NCBI GenBank assembly: GCA_018398765.1
Contig: JAHBMJ010000498.1
Span: 1-46,358 of the forward strand
DNA: 46,358 bases
Origin: Chromera velia
Lineage: Eukaryota
Reading direction: 5' to 3'
Of this stretch, positions 21,501 through 34,700 are shown one piece after another. Numbering within the stretch: the first letter of the stretch is position 1; the number at the start of each line of letters is the position of its first letter. Below the pieces are notes generated by a model. That model had not been told where the DNA came from. It worked only from the letters and a program-made list of their open reading frames with translations, and made no database searches. Made by a program: the position numbers and the translations under genes.

Positions 21501-24295
21501 ATCGTGTTCAAAGGCAATCAAACAAAACACACAGACATGCGGGAGGCAAACAAACCGTCAGACAGGAGACGGATCCGTCTGGCATCTGGTTGGGTTAGCC
21601 TAGGCCGAACGAAATCATTTAGGCACACACGATTGAGTTGAGAGAAGGGAGGGTGGGGGGTGAGAAGAAGGCACCAAAACACGCAAGAGGAGGACAACAC
21701 GGACAAACAGAAAGAGGGAGGGGGCCAGAGAGAGGAACAAAGAAAGAAGGACACAAAGAGAGAAGGCAAGCACCATGCAACACACAAAGCATCCAATTCA
21801 GAAAAGCTTTTCCCGTTCGTCAACACGTTCACTCCCCCCGCTTCCCCTCTTTCCCAAAGCTACACCCCACCCCACCCCACCCAAAAACCCAACACCACTC
21901 GTGGTGGTCGTTTGAATTCGCGTCTGCCTGTCTCCTTTTCCCCACTCATGCTTCTGCTTGCCGTTTCACCATCGAACAAAAAAGCTCGGTGGGAGTTTCT
22001 TAAAACCGGCAAAGAAGAAAGAAGAGAAAAACAGAAGAAGGCAGACATTCAGGAAATCAAGCAAGCAGGCCAAATCTGCAGCCAAACAGACATCGTCTGT
22101 GTGTCATGCGCTCATCCATCCAGCGAGCGAGACACGGTACAGAAGTGCCGCTAAGGTCTTAAAACCCAAAGTCAATGAATGAATGTCAAAATGGAGAGAA
22201 AGTGATGACCATCTTTCTCCATCTCTCTTTTTGACAATCAATCAATCAATCGATCAATGAATCCCTTCGTTGGAGGAACGAAATTTCATTCCTCCCCCTT
22301 TTTTCTCAAGTCCGCCCCATCCCAACCTACCCACCCGGATGCATGGAGCTGCAGTTGCTTATCGCAGGCAGAAGTCCACTCTGGGGAGGGGGGGACGGGC
22401 ACGGGGGGCGTTGCTTGCTGTAGAAAGTTTAGCCTTTCTTTCAGCGATCCGAGCAAACAGCGCGTTCTTTCAAACTCAACTAAGCTTTTCGATCTGATGC
22501 GTGGGTCGATTTCTTCTTGCAAAATTCCGGAAATTTGACACCTTTCTTTGTGCTTTTTCCCTTTTTTTTTGGCAGAGACCTGCCTGCCCCACCAAGGAGC
22601 GGACTTGCGGCTTCTTTGCATGACACAGAGTTCGTTTCGTTTCTCTTCATTTCTCTCGACCGAACAGCATTCTCGCTCATGCTTCTCCGCAGGCATCAGT
22701 AACAAAGACAGCAAAGCAGTCAGTAATTCAGTCAGGAAGGTAAAGAACACAAGCAGGCAGCAGAATATCATCACAAGAGTGTGTGAGTGATTACCTCAAG
22801 GCAACATCGGTGACTGAGTTGATCGAAGTGGGGGGTCTTCTCTTTCCACTTCTTCTTCTTCCGTTTGCATCCCTTCTTTCCTCTTCTTTCGAGGTTCTCT
22901 GTACAGACTCGCTCCAACGTTTGTCTTCGCAGTTCCCTTCTGGGAAGGAAAAAAAAAAGAGACAAGGGGGGAGCGAAGAGAAAAGAAGCTGACGACTTCG
23001 TAAGACAATCCACATTCGATCGATCCAGAGAAATGAAGACGAAATGACGTTCAACGAACGCAGGTGGAGAGGCAATCAATAAGTCACTGATCGAGAGGGA
23101 AAGAACAGAAAGGAAGCACCCTTACCTTCCTTCCCGTCATGCCTGTTGCTACATTTGAGTGAGTGGAGTGGAGAGGAAACATCCCATTCCCCCTGCCAAC
23201 ATGACTCAGGCAGGGGGAGACGCGGCATTGGCATTATTCACGCTTACATGGTCAATGAGGCAATTGCTCTTTCTCCCTTCCTTCCTTTTTTCTTCCCTTG
23301 AGAGGGGATTCATCCTCTCTATGAACCGAACGTCGAAAGCATGAATAAAATACTCGCGCCTCGCGACGTTCTAGGAATTGGTGTAAAGAGAAAAAGCCAG
23401 GCGATTGAGATGCCGTGCTGTGGTTTTGCTCCGTCGTCACAGAGGACTTTCTTTCCCTGCTTCTCCTCCTTGAAATCGGTCTTTCTTTTCGCCTCCTCTT
23501 TTTTCTCTCTCCTTTCCCCCTTCTCGTATTCTTGAGGGAAATGCCGAAAAGGAGGGGACGTTCTTCCTCCCCGGCTTCCCTGTTTCGGCTTTTTTCTGCA
23601 TTCCTCCAACCCTTACTCACTTGCTCACTTCTCATTCAGGCACTCGGCAATTACCTAACGAACAAAATTGTCTGAGAGGTAATGCTTGCTTGTGAGTGGG
23701 TGGGGGGCATGTGCAACCGGTGAACCCCCGATCTTCCCTCCCCTCTCTTCTCTTTCGTTCTCTTTTCGTTGTCCCATCACACCGACGTTACATTGCCATC
23801 GTCTCTAACACCCATCCGTCTAAAAAAAAAAAGATACGTTCGGGCTACATCTACTTGTTCTTCAGCAGCAGCTTCAATCCTTGTTTGCCTTTCTCTGTCC
23901 GTCCGACACAAAAAGAAAAAAAGAGGAGAGAAATGAGAAGAGAAACAAGGGAGAAGAGAGAAAAAAAAAGAGAAATTCCACACAGAAAAAAACAGGAAAT
24001 TCCACCCAGAAAAAAAAAAAGGAACGGACACAAAGAAACCTAATATAGAAAAACTCATATATACAAAGGCGCGCTGCCATCCAGACACGAGAACACGACG
24101 AAGAATGGAAGTGGAATGAACAACAGTATGCAGCAGACATTGGAGAAACAAACAAAGAAAGGAAAGAAGAAAGAAGGGTCGGAGTGGAATAAATGAATGA
24201 CCTTCCAAAGGAACACATACACACACACGGGTTGAGGGAAGAATGGACAGAACTTGGAAGAACGCAGGGAAGGAAGGAACAAAGGGTCGATCGAG

Positions 24296-24410
24296 AAAGA
24301 AAGAAAGAAAGACAGACAGACAGACAGACAGACAGAAAGAAAGAAAGAAAAGAACGAACGAACGAACGAACGAAAGAAAGAAAAGAAAGAAAGAAAGAAA
24401 AGAAAGAAAG
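24296..24410. repeat. Compound tetranucleotide microsatellite (GAAA/GACA/GAAC)
   Basis: Directly visible. Confidence 0.9.
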
Positions 24411-25532
24411 CAGCCTGCCTCCCTTTCTCGATCGCAATCTGCCAATTTGCCCTTGATCTTTTCATCGGGAAGGAGGGAAAACAGACAGACAGACAGAGGG
24501 TCTAGACAGAGGGGGGGGCCGGGACGGAAGGAAGAAGGGACCCCACCCCGCACGTACGCAGATTTGCCCGTGGAAGGAAGGAAGAACCAGATTGATGAGG
24601 AGACCGAAGAAACAGGTGAGTGAGGTCCATGCTGCTTCATCATTCATCGACGCGTTCATTCCCCTTTCTTTCTTTTACCCAGAGGAGATCAGAAGAAGAC
24701 AAGACAGACTGTCTCCTGACAGCCCACCCCCCCCTCCCCTGTTACATGTCAATGAGTAAAGATAGCTCCAGAGACAAATGGATCTCTGCGCGCTCTCTCT
24801 TCCAAACATGCTGTCGGTCTCCGGACTCTCTCTTCTATTCTCTCTCGTTTCTTCCTGCCCGTACAATCCCCATAGACTTTCTTTGCTGCATCGACCAATC
24901 CTCCTCACATGAATCCTAATTCTAATCCTAAAATCGACCCGACACGAGTGTCAGAAAAAAACAAACCAAAACAAATACAGCCATGGAACTGCAAAGCAGG
25001 GTGGAATGCCCTTTCTTGTGTTTTTGTTTGAAGACAAAACAGACAAACAAAGTGATGGATGATGATCGATCCGCTCGATCGCTCTTTCAATTCATAAATG
25101 AACGTCTCTCTCCGCATTCCTTCTTGAGAGAGACGGAAGGGCAAGAGACTTGTCAGGCAATTGGTACTGATGATTTGCTGCACTGAGACAAATGTGTGAT
25201 CCTTTTCTTCTCGTTTCTTGCTCTCGCTTTTCCGTTTCCTGGCAGAGAGGCTTCGCTCATCCTTTCCAGCCCTGAATGTGCAAATCTTCACTTACCTCAC
25301 TGCCTATCTGCCTGCCTGCTCCACACAGTTGCTTCCTTCCTTCCACCTTCAAAAAAGAGCGAGTGGCTCAATATGCACGTGTGGAGTTGGTGTTTCTTGC
25401 TGATTTGTCAAGACAAGAGATTGAATGATTCATTAATTGATTTTTTGTGTTACGTGATGGAACGTTGGGACCACTGCATGTCTTTCTTCTCTTGTCTGCA
25501 CCTCTGCTCCTTCCTTCCTTCCTATGTGTCTT

Positions 25533-26713
25533 TCATGCTGCTCCTTCCGCCTCTTCTTCTTCAGAAGACGAACTGGAAGATCTGTTCCCTTTCCTCGTTC
25601 CCTCGGGGGAAGAGGATCCGGACGTTTCCCCCTCTCCCTCAAGTTCCTCTCTCTGCTGACAGGAAATCTCTTTTCCGCCAACCCCCAAGGGCCTCTCACG
25701 CCCCCAACAAAGGGACTCCCCAGGCGACCCGATCATCTCGATTTGCTGCTGTTTCTCTGTTTGTCTCTCTCTGACAAACCTTCTGTCCCCAAATGCCCCC
25801 ACCAGTCGAAGCCCATCTCCCAGTCCACCCCTTTGGTTTGAGAGATCAAAACAACCACTAGAGGGAAACAAAACATACGAGCCCGCCTCCCCAACACACA
25901 GCGGATGTCCGCTCTCACCAGGCAACTCGGTATCGCTTGAGGTCTCTTCAGGTTCCAACAACCCATCCACGACTTCGGAGCTCGAGCCAACCCCCAACAG
26001 GTCTTCGTTCGTTAAAACCTCCAGTGACTCCGGAGGAAATACACCCCCGCTGTCCGCTTGACTGCCTGCTGTTGCTTCTTTTGCTGCTTTTTCCTGATCC
26101 TTCTCTTCCTTCGTAGGCTTACGCCTCGGCTGGAAGTTTTCAGGAGCTGGCCGCAGCTCTTGCTCCGAGTGCGCATATCGGCAGGCATCGCCCTCAGTAC
26201 ACTCACCCACCTGCAGAAAGAAAGAATGGTCGTCCGCGGGGGAAACCACGCATCGACGAAATACATAACAAGAAAGGGCGCATCGAAGGAAGGAAGAAGG
26301 AAACGTGTTTTGGCCTGTCTCTCTCTTGGCAGACAAGTCTCCCATTCGTCCCTTTGTTTGTGCGTCTCTTGAAAGACACCCAAAGAATAGCAACGAAGAC
26401 TTGCACATCAATCAATGCTATAAGACAACTAACTCTGCTGGTAGCCAAAGGTGACCACCCAACGCGACTTGACGATCCATCCCAGCTATCTGGTAGTGCG
26501 GGCAGCGGCAATTAGACGCAAGAGGGAAAGGCGGTATCCATCTCTTTTTGAAAAACCACCCACCAGTTGTGCCTTCCTGTTGTGAGAAGTTTCCTGACCT
26601 CCCTCACTCCCCCACTCATTGACGCACGTACGCACGCACACACTCACTCACCTCGTGCTTTCTGCACATGCTGGTCTTGGCCAAATCAGGAAGTTGCCTG
26701 CATGCAGTGAATA

Positions 26714-26745
<32 letters not shown>

Positions 26746-28123
26746 AAAAAAAAAAGAAAGAAAAACGGAGTTCAGGGAGGGGCAACTCAAAAGAGGAGGT
26801 GGGGGGAAGGGGGGGGGTCACAGAAGCCCCGGGGGGGGGGGGGAGATCTCTCTCAGGAGGTTGGTACCCCGTTTCCTGTTTTTCTTTCTTTCTTTCTCTT
26901 CTTCCACACGCTTACCGGCCCCCCAAAGAGGCCCGAGAGCGTGTGTGGCAGCGTCTCCCTTGCTCACCTATCAGGCAACTGGACTGACAGCCTGGCAGTC
27001 GAGAAGCATAGGAAAGGGTTGAGGGGTGCAGTGGGCCTCCTAGAGAAAAAGCCAGAAGAAAGCAAACAGCCACCTGCCAACCTCGCATGCTCCCCTGTCG
27101 TAGAATCTTGTACGCTCATTTCGATGACACGAATTAAGACAGGCAAATCAAGGTCTCCGTATGCAGAGAAGAAAAAAGGAGTGCAGTCGCTCTCACTCAT
27201 TCAATCGCATGCTTACCTGAGTTCGGCTTTAGAGTGGGCGAACTCACACGCAGCGCCTCGGACGCAGACGCTGCCTGCCTGGACTTTCGGGCACCTGCAT
27301 ACACACATACATACACATATTCATACATACATACACACACATATATACATGCATACTTATGCACACACATACAAGCGTACAGGCATGCATGCAGCATGAA
27401 TACAGGCAGATACGCATACGCGTATGCAGACATGCATACCAACCTACATACAGGAACGTATAAACAGATGAATGACACATGGATGATGCAAGGGAAATTG
27501 AACGCAATCATGTGTGGATGGATTTTCCTCTGAGGCACATTCATATGGTCTTTGTATTGGGGAGCGACTGCGGGCGGAGGGGAGGCGAGTGGGACTCCCC
27601 AGAGAGCGAAAGGACGGAAAAAGAACAGAAGAAAGCAAGCAGGCAGGCAGGTGCATGGGCCAATGGACCAAGAGGGCGGAGTTCACACAGGCCATAGGTC
27701 GGTACCTATTCCTTCAATACAAAGGGAAGAGGGCGAAGGGAGAACAAGAGGACGTGGGGGCAACGAACGAAGGAAAGTGGGAGAAGGGAGTTGAGGGTGG
27801 GAGCTTCGAGCGAAGAGAGTGTGGGGTCCCTCCCACAGTGGGCAACTAGACAATGGCAGCGAAATACAGCGGAAGGAAAGGGACAAGAAGTCAAGGGGGT
27901 GGGAAAGAACTGCGCAGAAAAAGAGAAACAAGTGGAATTCAAAAAGCTCAAAGGATGTCACGGAAAAATGAAGTCACGACATTAGGCGCCTAGTTCACTG
28001 CCTGACTGACATCTTCGTCTTATTGAAAACATTGATCCGCAGTTCCCTCTCGCGGCGCCGTTGCCCGGTCACACCCCTTGCCGGCGTTCCTGTTCCACCA
28101 CCACCTCCTCGACCCGCCAGCAT
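25533..28123 (-). CDS. Tandem CCCH zinc-finger (TIS11/ZFP36-type) RNA-binding protein; exons 28123-28011, 27294-27217, 26697-26652, 26210-~25533 (possible 48-nt in-frame intron 25878-25831)
   Basis: Splicing at GT/AG with consistent phases (2,2,0) gives NVFNKTKM|CPKVQAGSVCVRGAACEFAHSKAELR|QLPDLAKTSMCRKHE|VGECTEGDACRYAHSEQELR: two KT-x2-C-x7/8-C-x5-C-x3-H fingers. Start and 3' end are less certain. Confidence 0.85.
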
Positions 28124-28559
28124 GATGACGGACGATGCCGGGGACTTACGAGACTTTTGTTGTTGCAGTTTGGGTCGTGTCGATGAAATAAGCGGAGCCG
28201 CTTTCTCAGTCACAGACACCGAATTATATCAATCACGACACTTCAAGGTAGGGGAATACTCTCGGTATTGAACGCGCACGTCCAGCGATTGGGCTGGTCA
28301 CTCTTCAAAAGGGTGCGGTGATGGTTTGGACTTCAGTCAGTCAGTTCGTGACGGGCGAGTCAGAAAGAAAATCGTTCGAAGTTAGTCTGTCTGTTGAACA
28401 TTCTCAACACAGCTGGAGGCTGGCAAAGTCTAGGAGACTCATTTGCAGAAGCTGGAGAAACAAATCTCTGCGTCCGCAAAGGGGAAAACGTCTTCGAAAC
28501 GGCAAACTTCGTGTGCTCGGTCGGTCAGTGACGTGCCGCGGCTGCAACATTATTAATAA

Positions 28560-28700
28560 TTTCATTTTGTGCATGCATGGTCGATCGGTTTCTTAATTGG
28601 AGCGTGCGCATGGAGCGCGCCGCGGCGCGCCCACGAAGCACCACATAGCACCATCCATCCACCATCATAGCACCACACATGCACACATGCATGGCGGAGT
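28560..28700. promoter_or_regulatory. Probable promoter between the divergent CCCH gene (-) and the duplicated gene (+)
   Basis: TGCATGCATG at ~28570, GC-rich boxes, CATGCATG at ~28686. Confidence 0.4.
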
Positions 28701-31700
28701 TATATCGATATAATTCGTTCAGTTAATCTATCCGAAAAGTCGAAGTATACAGCTCATTACAGCTCTATATAGCTCTCAGGAGTCAGACCAATGGAGATCA
28801 ACCCTGGCTGTACATAGTCCTTCGTCTTCCGGCCTGTAAAGTTACAACAGGTGCATGCATTTGTACTCATCTGTTCCGATACTAATAAGATTCAGACAGC
28901 CGACAAGATCCCTGAGCGAGTGAGGCAGATCTGCAGCCAAGGGAACAAATGACATTTCTTTTCTTTTCCTCGACTCTGTATCACCTCTGTCGATGACGCG
29001 CGGGGGGTTTGAGCAGGAGCAAAGTGACGGGGGGGAGAGCTCTGATATGGAGGTTGACAACGATCCTGTGAGCGTGCTACCGATTACAGGTGGTATCACT
29101 TCACACGTCAACAACACAGGCCCCTTGTCCCCCGGCACACGCAGAGTGCCTGCCTCCTACCGCCAGAGAATAGTAAAACAGTGGTTCGAACTCTTTCTGC
29201 TTCCAGTTTTCGAACGAAAAAAGCTATTTCCGGTCAGCCAGTCAAGTCAGGCAGTGCGACGTACGTTGCTAACCGTGCGAACAAGATGTAAAAGATTTGT
29301 GCAGCTTCTCTGTCTTTCAGGGTTGTTTGGGATTGCTGGTATGGATGGCGGTTTTGTCTTCTCCTTTCTCATCTATTATATCTTCTCTTTTTTTAGACTG
29401 TTTTCCTTTCCTTTTCTTTTTTTTTTCTTTTCGGTGTCCGGTCTTTCCCCTCTTTGTTCTTTGATTTTTCCACAATGTCATACAGCTCTTCTATGGTTGA
29501 CCTTATACCGTGCTCACTCTAGCTTGCGTTTTCCCTTGCCTCAACAGTTTGATTCACCCCTCCATTCAATCATAGTGGTCACCTTTGTTCTCCTCTATCG
29601 TGACACTCTCTTGTTTTCACTTCTCCCCCTCCCTCCACATGTGCAGGTCTGGACAGGCATTCGCGCTTACGATCGGTGCTGGTTCAAATGGAAGTCGTGG
29701 GGCGATGGAGAAGAAAATGGCAACGGTGATCCTTTTGGGAATGTCCCCTTCGCAGACGAAAGGGGTGACGCTCCGCTTTGGGTGTGTGCAGAGCTCCTGA
29801 GTGCTCGCAGGGCTGTCAGTGAGGCGCTTCGGGAGAGCAAGGAGTGGAGTGAGTTGCTCGGTCCGGTGAGTGGGAATCCTTTAGTGGTCAAACCCGTCAG
29901 AGTGGCCCACATTGCCGTAGAAAAGTTCTCTCCCAAGAAATGGGAATCTCTGTATGTTCAATTACAGAAAGCGGCATCTGTGATGGACGGGTGGGTTCGG
30001 TTAAGAGGAGACATCTGTGCAAGTCCTATGTCTTTCCTGGAGGGCGACTTGGAGTCCGTCTTCACGCTGACCGAATCGGATTGGGGAAGAGTGCGAGAGA
30101 AGGAATCAAAGTACGAACGTCAATCAGAAGAAGTGATGCTCATAGGAGATCTGTCGTGACAGTGTAATAGTTATACAAATGTGCAGCTTCAGGACCGAAG
30201 GCCACGGCTTCTCCATGTGTTCTCTGAAGTCGCTCAATGCGAATCTGTCGCTCGGCTCTGGTTGCTTGTTTTCGTTTCTGGCGGTTCCCTGAGTGGCGTT
30301 GACATTGGATCCCTCGGACTGTTCCTCTCGAATGCGAACAAAGGAATCTTCCCGTACTTCCGCTCAGCAGGGGTCAGTCTGTCACTGACAGTCAATCAGA
30401 GATCCTTTGAAAGGAAGGCCCTTGGATCCCTCCCAGCATACTATTAGGGAAGGGACACAAAGTGGTTGCATTTCTTGTTTTTTTCACATGCATTCTCCTT
30501 TCTGTTCTGTGCATGTCAGTGCATGTTCGTTTTTTACTCCTAGGGCCAGTGTTACAAGTGAACGCTCTCCAGGTCTTTCATCCATACATCTCAACAGTCG
30601 ACGCATGCAGCTTTAGAGAGACCAAGCTTCCCTTGTCCGTCTCCTCTCCTCGTATGTCTTTCTTCCTAGCTGTCTGTCTGTTCTGGATTAACCCTCATTT
30701 CTCCGGGGTTCCTTTCCATATAATGTCCTTTCTCAGCATCCTCCTGTAAATCTGTTCAAATCAATTTCATTCTCTTGGAGCACAACAAACTGAAAGAACC
30801 TTGTGCGGGTCTATGTTTATAGGTGCATCTGTGTTTGTTTCCTCCCTCTTCTTTTCTGTGTTCTGTCTTTTGTGTTTGTTTGTCTCATCCAGGATGTGGT
30901 TACCTTTCTGTCTTGGAGAAAGGACTTCACGCTATTTCCATTGCTTCCTAAGAGGCAGGAGGTATCGCCTTCGCCTGTCTCTGCTTCTTCTGTACCTGCC
31001 TCCGCTTCGGCTTCATCTGCCCGCCAGTGGACGTCTTCTTTGGACTTTTGGGAGACGGGGGCGAGTGGCCCTGCAGTGTTCCGATTCGTTGAAACTTCAG
31101 CAGAATTACGAAGCAGAACAGACGAGGATGCGGGGGGTGAGTGGAGAAGTTCATGGGGCGAGAGAGAGAGTCATGCAGTGCGCAAGAGAGAAGTGGCAGC
31201 TCTCGATGAGAGAGGGTGGAGGAGATTCGCAGATTCCTTTCCTCCTCTCTGTCTATTGGAGAGTGGTTGAACACTATCGAGAGTCTGACTGGCAGACTTT
31301 GTATGAGATTCTCAGGGGAGCTGCTGAAGGGGGGGCACGTGAGATTGGTTGGAGGGTTCTGAGTAAGATCATTCAAAAGAAACCCGAGCTTCTGATGGAA
31401 CCCTCGGTGGTGTTTCATATGAGGGAGTTGGAGGCAGAGACAGAAGTGGAGAAGCAAGCATTTGGGGAGAGGGAGATGAACGATATCGACGCGTTGCCTG
31501 TGGGTGCAGGGGAAGACAAAGGGGAGGAGGGGGGCTGGGCTCTCGAACCCAGAGTCGTTCACAGCCCTTCTCCCCACGGACAGGCGACCGTGATTCAGGG
31601 GGGGGAGGGAAGTGGAGCGGCTGACCTGGCTCGTCGCGTCAGATCCCAATCAGCAGGCAAAGCAGCGGCATCCTCGTTTCCCCCCCTCATGCAGACCTCA

Positions 31701-34089
31701 CGTCCCAATTTTCCTTTCCCCTCGTCGTCAGTGTCTCTGCAGAAGAGGCCCGCCTCCAGGCCTGCCTCTGCATCTCTGCAGGCACCTGTCAGTCAGCTCC
31801 CATCCTGCTCATCCTATCTGAGGGCCCATCAAAAACGCAGGCAAAGAGAGAAATCCAACAGAAGTCTGCGGGAAGACCTTCCGTCCGAGCTTCCCGTCGC
31901 TTGGGCACACTTTCAAGCTTTCGGGGTGTGGGGGGCAGAGGGAGAAGGAGACGGAGGAGAGGGGTGGAATGAGGAAGAAGAAAAAATTGAGGGAGGGGAC
32001 GGGGGGACGAGGGGAGAGGAGGAAGAGCAGGAGGAGGTCGTGCAAGACTACGAGACCCCTCAAAGGACGCTCGCGCGCAATTGGAGAAGCCTTCAGGGAT
32101 GCACGAGTCAACATAAACAGTCAGTCAGTTCATTTTGTTTGCAGGTAGAGTCATTGGTTTCTGTTGTCTTCTCAACAATTGTCTCCATTGCCTGAAATCT
32201 TCCCCCATTGTGTGCGCGGCCGTTTCAGGCAGCAAGGCTTTACCAGCTACCGAGGTGGCAGACTGCCGAGCTTGCTCAGTATGACGTACCCGTTCACAAC
32301 TTGGTGGGGAAAAAACTGAAAATTCGATTGATCGGGATCATGTAGACGCATGTAGATGGCTCGCTTTGTAAACAACGCTGAGTAGATTACAGGTTCTTTC
32401 CGGTTCTTTCTGATTTCTATCGAGTTGAGTTGTAAGCTTCGAACTTCCGATGTTGGCTTTGAATGTTCTAATTGGTCGCATTCTAATGGTCGGGGGGCCG
32501 TGCGCTTTCGAAATCGTTTATCCGCCGGGACAGACCATTAGACTTATGTGGCGCAAATGCGTACGTGCTTACTTGTCAAGCTGTGGGCTTTCCAATAGCC
32601 ATCAGTCATGCTGTGATGTAGTAGGTCATGCAGTTATGGCTGGTGTTGATGTATGTCTCAGAGTCTGCCGTTGGAAAGTCCGTCTGATCTTGTGCCAATT
32701 GTCTTGAGATGAGGGGAGGGCCCAGCGAGGACTCCGAGCGGGGGCTGAGCCTCGACAATGATGTGAACGCAGCAGTATCGATCGATCAGGGGGCGGGACG
32801 AAGTGAACGCAGAAGCAGTACTCTTAGGGATTGCCGACGTCAACGCACGCGCCGGGAGGACCTTCTATATATAGGGAGCTGGCCGGGGGCTTAGCGGGGG
32901 CCTTCAAGGGGGGTTCTCATCCATGAGAGACAACGGCACAGATGCGTATGTTGTTTGTGCGTGCATGCGACCATATACGCGCCAGGTCTTCCCAAATCTC
33001 TCTCTCTCTCTCTCACTGACAAGCATCTCTCGACTATTCAAAACGACTTCTTTTGCCTGCAAACAGCTCGGTCTTTCTCTGTGTGAAATTGTTCGTGCAG
33101 GCAAGCGGCGGTGCAGGGACAAGCAGCGACACAGGGGCAAGCGGAGAACCAGGGAAGAGCGGCGAAAAAGGTCAACAAGAAAAAGAAAAAGTGATTCTTC
33201 CCCCACGAGTCGAGTCGAGTCGGAAACGGGGTCTTTCTCTCTCTCACACACACACAGACACACACGCATACACAGAGAGGGAGGGAGAGAGAGAGGGGGG
33301 GGGAGGGAGAAAGTTTCAGCGAGGTAAAAGAAGGAGAGGCACATGGATGAACAGAGCGTTGTCTGTTCCGACGTCTTTCGACGATCCAAATATCTCTCAC
33401 TTCAAGTCCACCTTTGTTATCCTTCCCCTTCCCTCTGGGTGTCTGGTTCTCTTCCTATCATTACTGATACCTGGTTCCTTTAACAAGAATTCGCTCTCTC
33501 TGATTTACTGATACAGAATTCGCTACCTGGTTTATTACTGATACTGAATTCGCTCTCTCCTTCCTCGCTACTTTTAACCCTTTGCTCGTGCATGGGTCCG
33601 TGGCCTGATCGAGGAATCTTCTGTGATAGATGTTTATGGCACACGGTTTACCCCTTCTTTCAACTCGAAAAGAAGAGGATCGCTCCTTGTCTCAACTACA
33701 TGGCTTTTTGCGTTCCCACCACTTCCATACACCCCAATCCCTGGCTTTGGGTCTCTTTCTTGTTTGGCCGTATTTTCTTTTTTCTTTGCCTCTTTCCGTT
33801 ACGGTGCGTGCCAAGAGACCAGGCAAGGGGAATGAATCAATTCCGTATGGAAGTGGACTAAATCTGTGCACGTACCTAGCTGCGTTTCTTCAATCTTTAC
33901 ATGAGCTTTGGCATGTATGAGGCTGCTATGAGCTGTCAAAATATGGTGGAGTTGCTGCTGGACAGAGAGAAAACAAAGTTTAATTAAAGGCCCTGAGCTT
34001 TGCATAAAGTCCAAAAACATTTAGTGCTGCACTGTGTACTGCAGTTTAATTGCATATCTATTCTATTCTTACTGTGCATAGGCCAAGTT
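28690..34089 (+). repeat. Left arm (~5.4 kb) of a large inverted duplication
   Basis: Runs CATGGCGGAGTTATATCGATA...CTGTGCATAGGCCAAGTT and is colinear with the reverse complement of 38632-45868. ORF pairs such as 28993/45092+44472, 30803/43271 and 30801/42637 are near-identical. Confidence 0.95.
28993..32195 (+). pseudogene. Unknown multi-exon gene, disrupted copy 1 (exons ~28993-29232, 29647-30372, 30893-~32100)
   Basis: Phase-0 GT/AG junctions CCG|GTCAGC...GCAG|GTC and GGG|GTCAGT...CCAG|GAT; premature TGA at 30157 where copy 2 has CGA; apparent frame change near 31050-31090. Confidence 0.6.
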
Positions 34090-34393
34090 ATGGGGTTATA
34101 TAGGGTACATGGGGAGTACTTATGGTTGTCTATAGCCTAGACTCTGCACTGTAAAAAATTACCACTAGTAAAAATGAAGATACACAAAAAATATTGAGAT
34201 GATTCTTTTATCTATATAACATATTTTTAATTTTTTTTTCTGTCTTTTTTTTTTTTTAAATAATACTACATGGACATCCTAACAAACAGATGGGAAATTG
34301 AAACAACCCTAAGGCCACAAAAAGTTGTATAAAAATGTCATGATAGAAATATTATAAAAATATAATAAGTATAGAATATTACAGGCCGTAACA

Positions 34394-34700
34394 TTCAGGT
34401 CATACACTTTATATATATAGAGAGCCTATATATAATAGAGGGAGAGTTTCGAATATTTTTTTCTATTTTTTTATTTATTAAAAACACTATGATTTTGGGC
34501 CCAAATGTTCCTAAACACTTCTCAAAGTACTTCAACTATAGATTTTATAGAAATACAATTAAGATTTAGATTTAGGAGCAGGCGGTGACCACGGGAGACG
34601 GTGGAGACCAGGGCCAGATGTGGAGTACCCTCTTTAGGTTTGTGAATAACTGGGAGTCAGGCCTGGGGGGGAACAAGGTTGTGTTACGGTCTACTCATAC
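34394..34700 (+). repeat. ~307-bp direct repeat, copy 1 (copy 2 at 37010-37317)
   Basis: TTCAGG(T/C)CATACACTTTATAT...GTTGTGTTACGGTCTACTCATAC present at both positions. Confidence 0.95.

Noticed and set aside
20213..24643. Long ORFs such as 20430-21299 and 23777-24643
   Set aside because: Low-complexity translations of microsatellites and purine/pyrimidine tracts, open in several frames, with no motifs.
32923..33511. Arg/Lys-rich ORFs in the inner part of the arms
   Set aside because: Low complexity, no recognisable motif or clear splice structure; shared between arms only because of the duplication.
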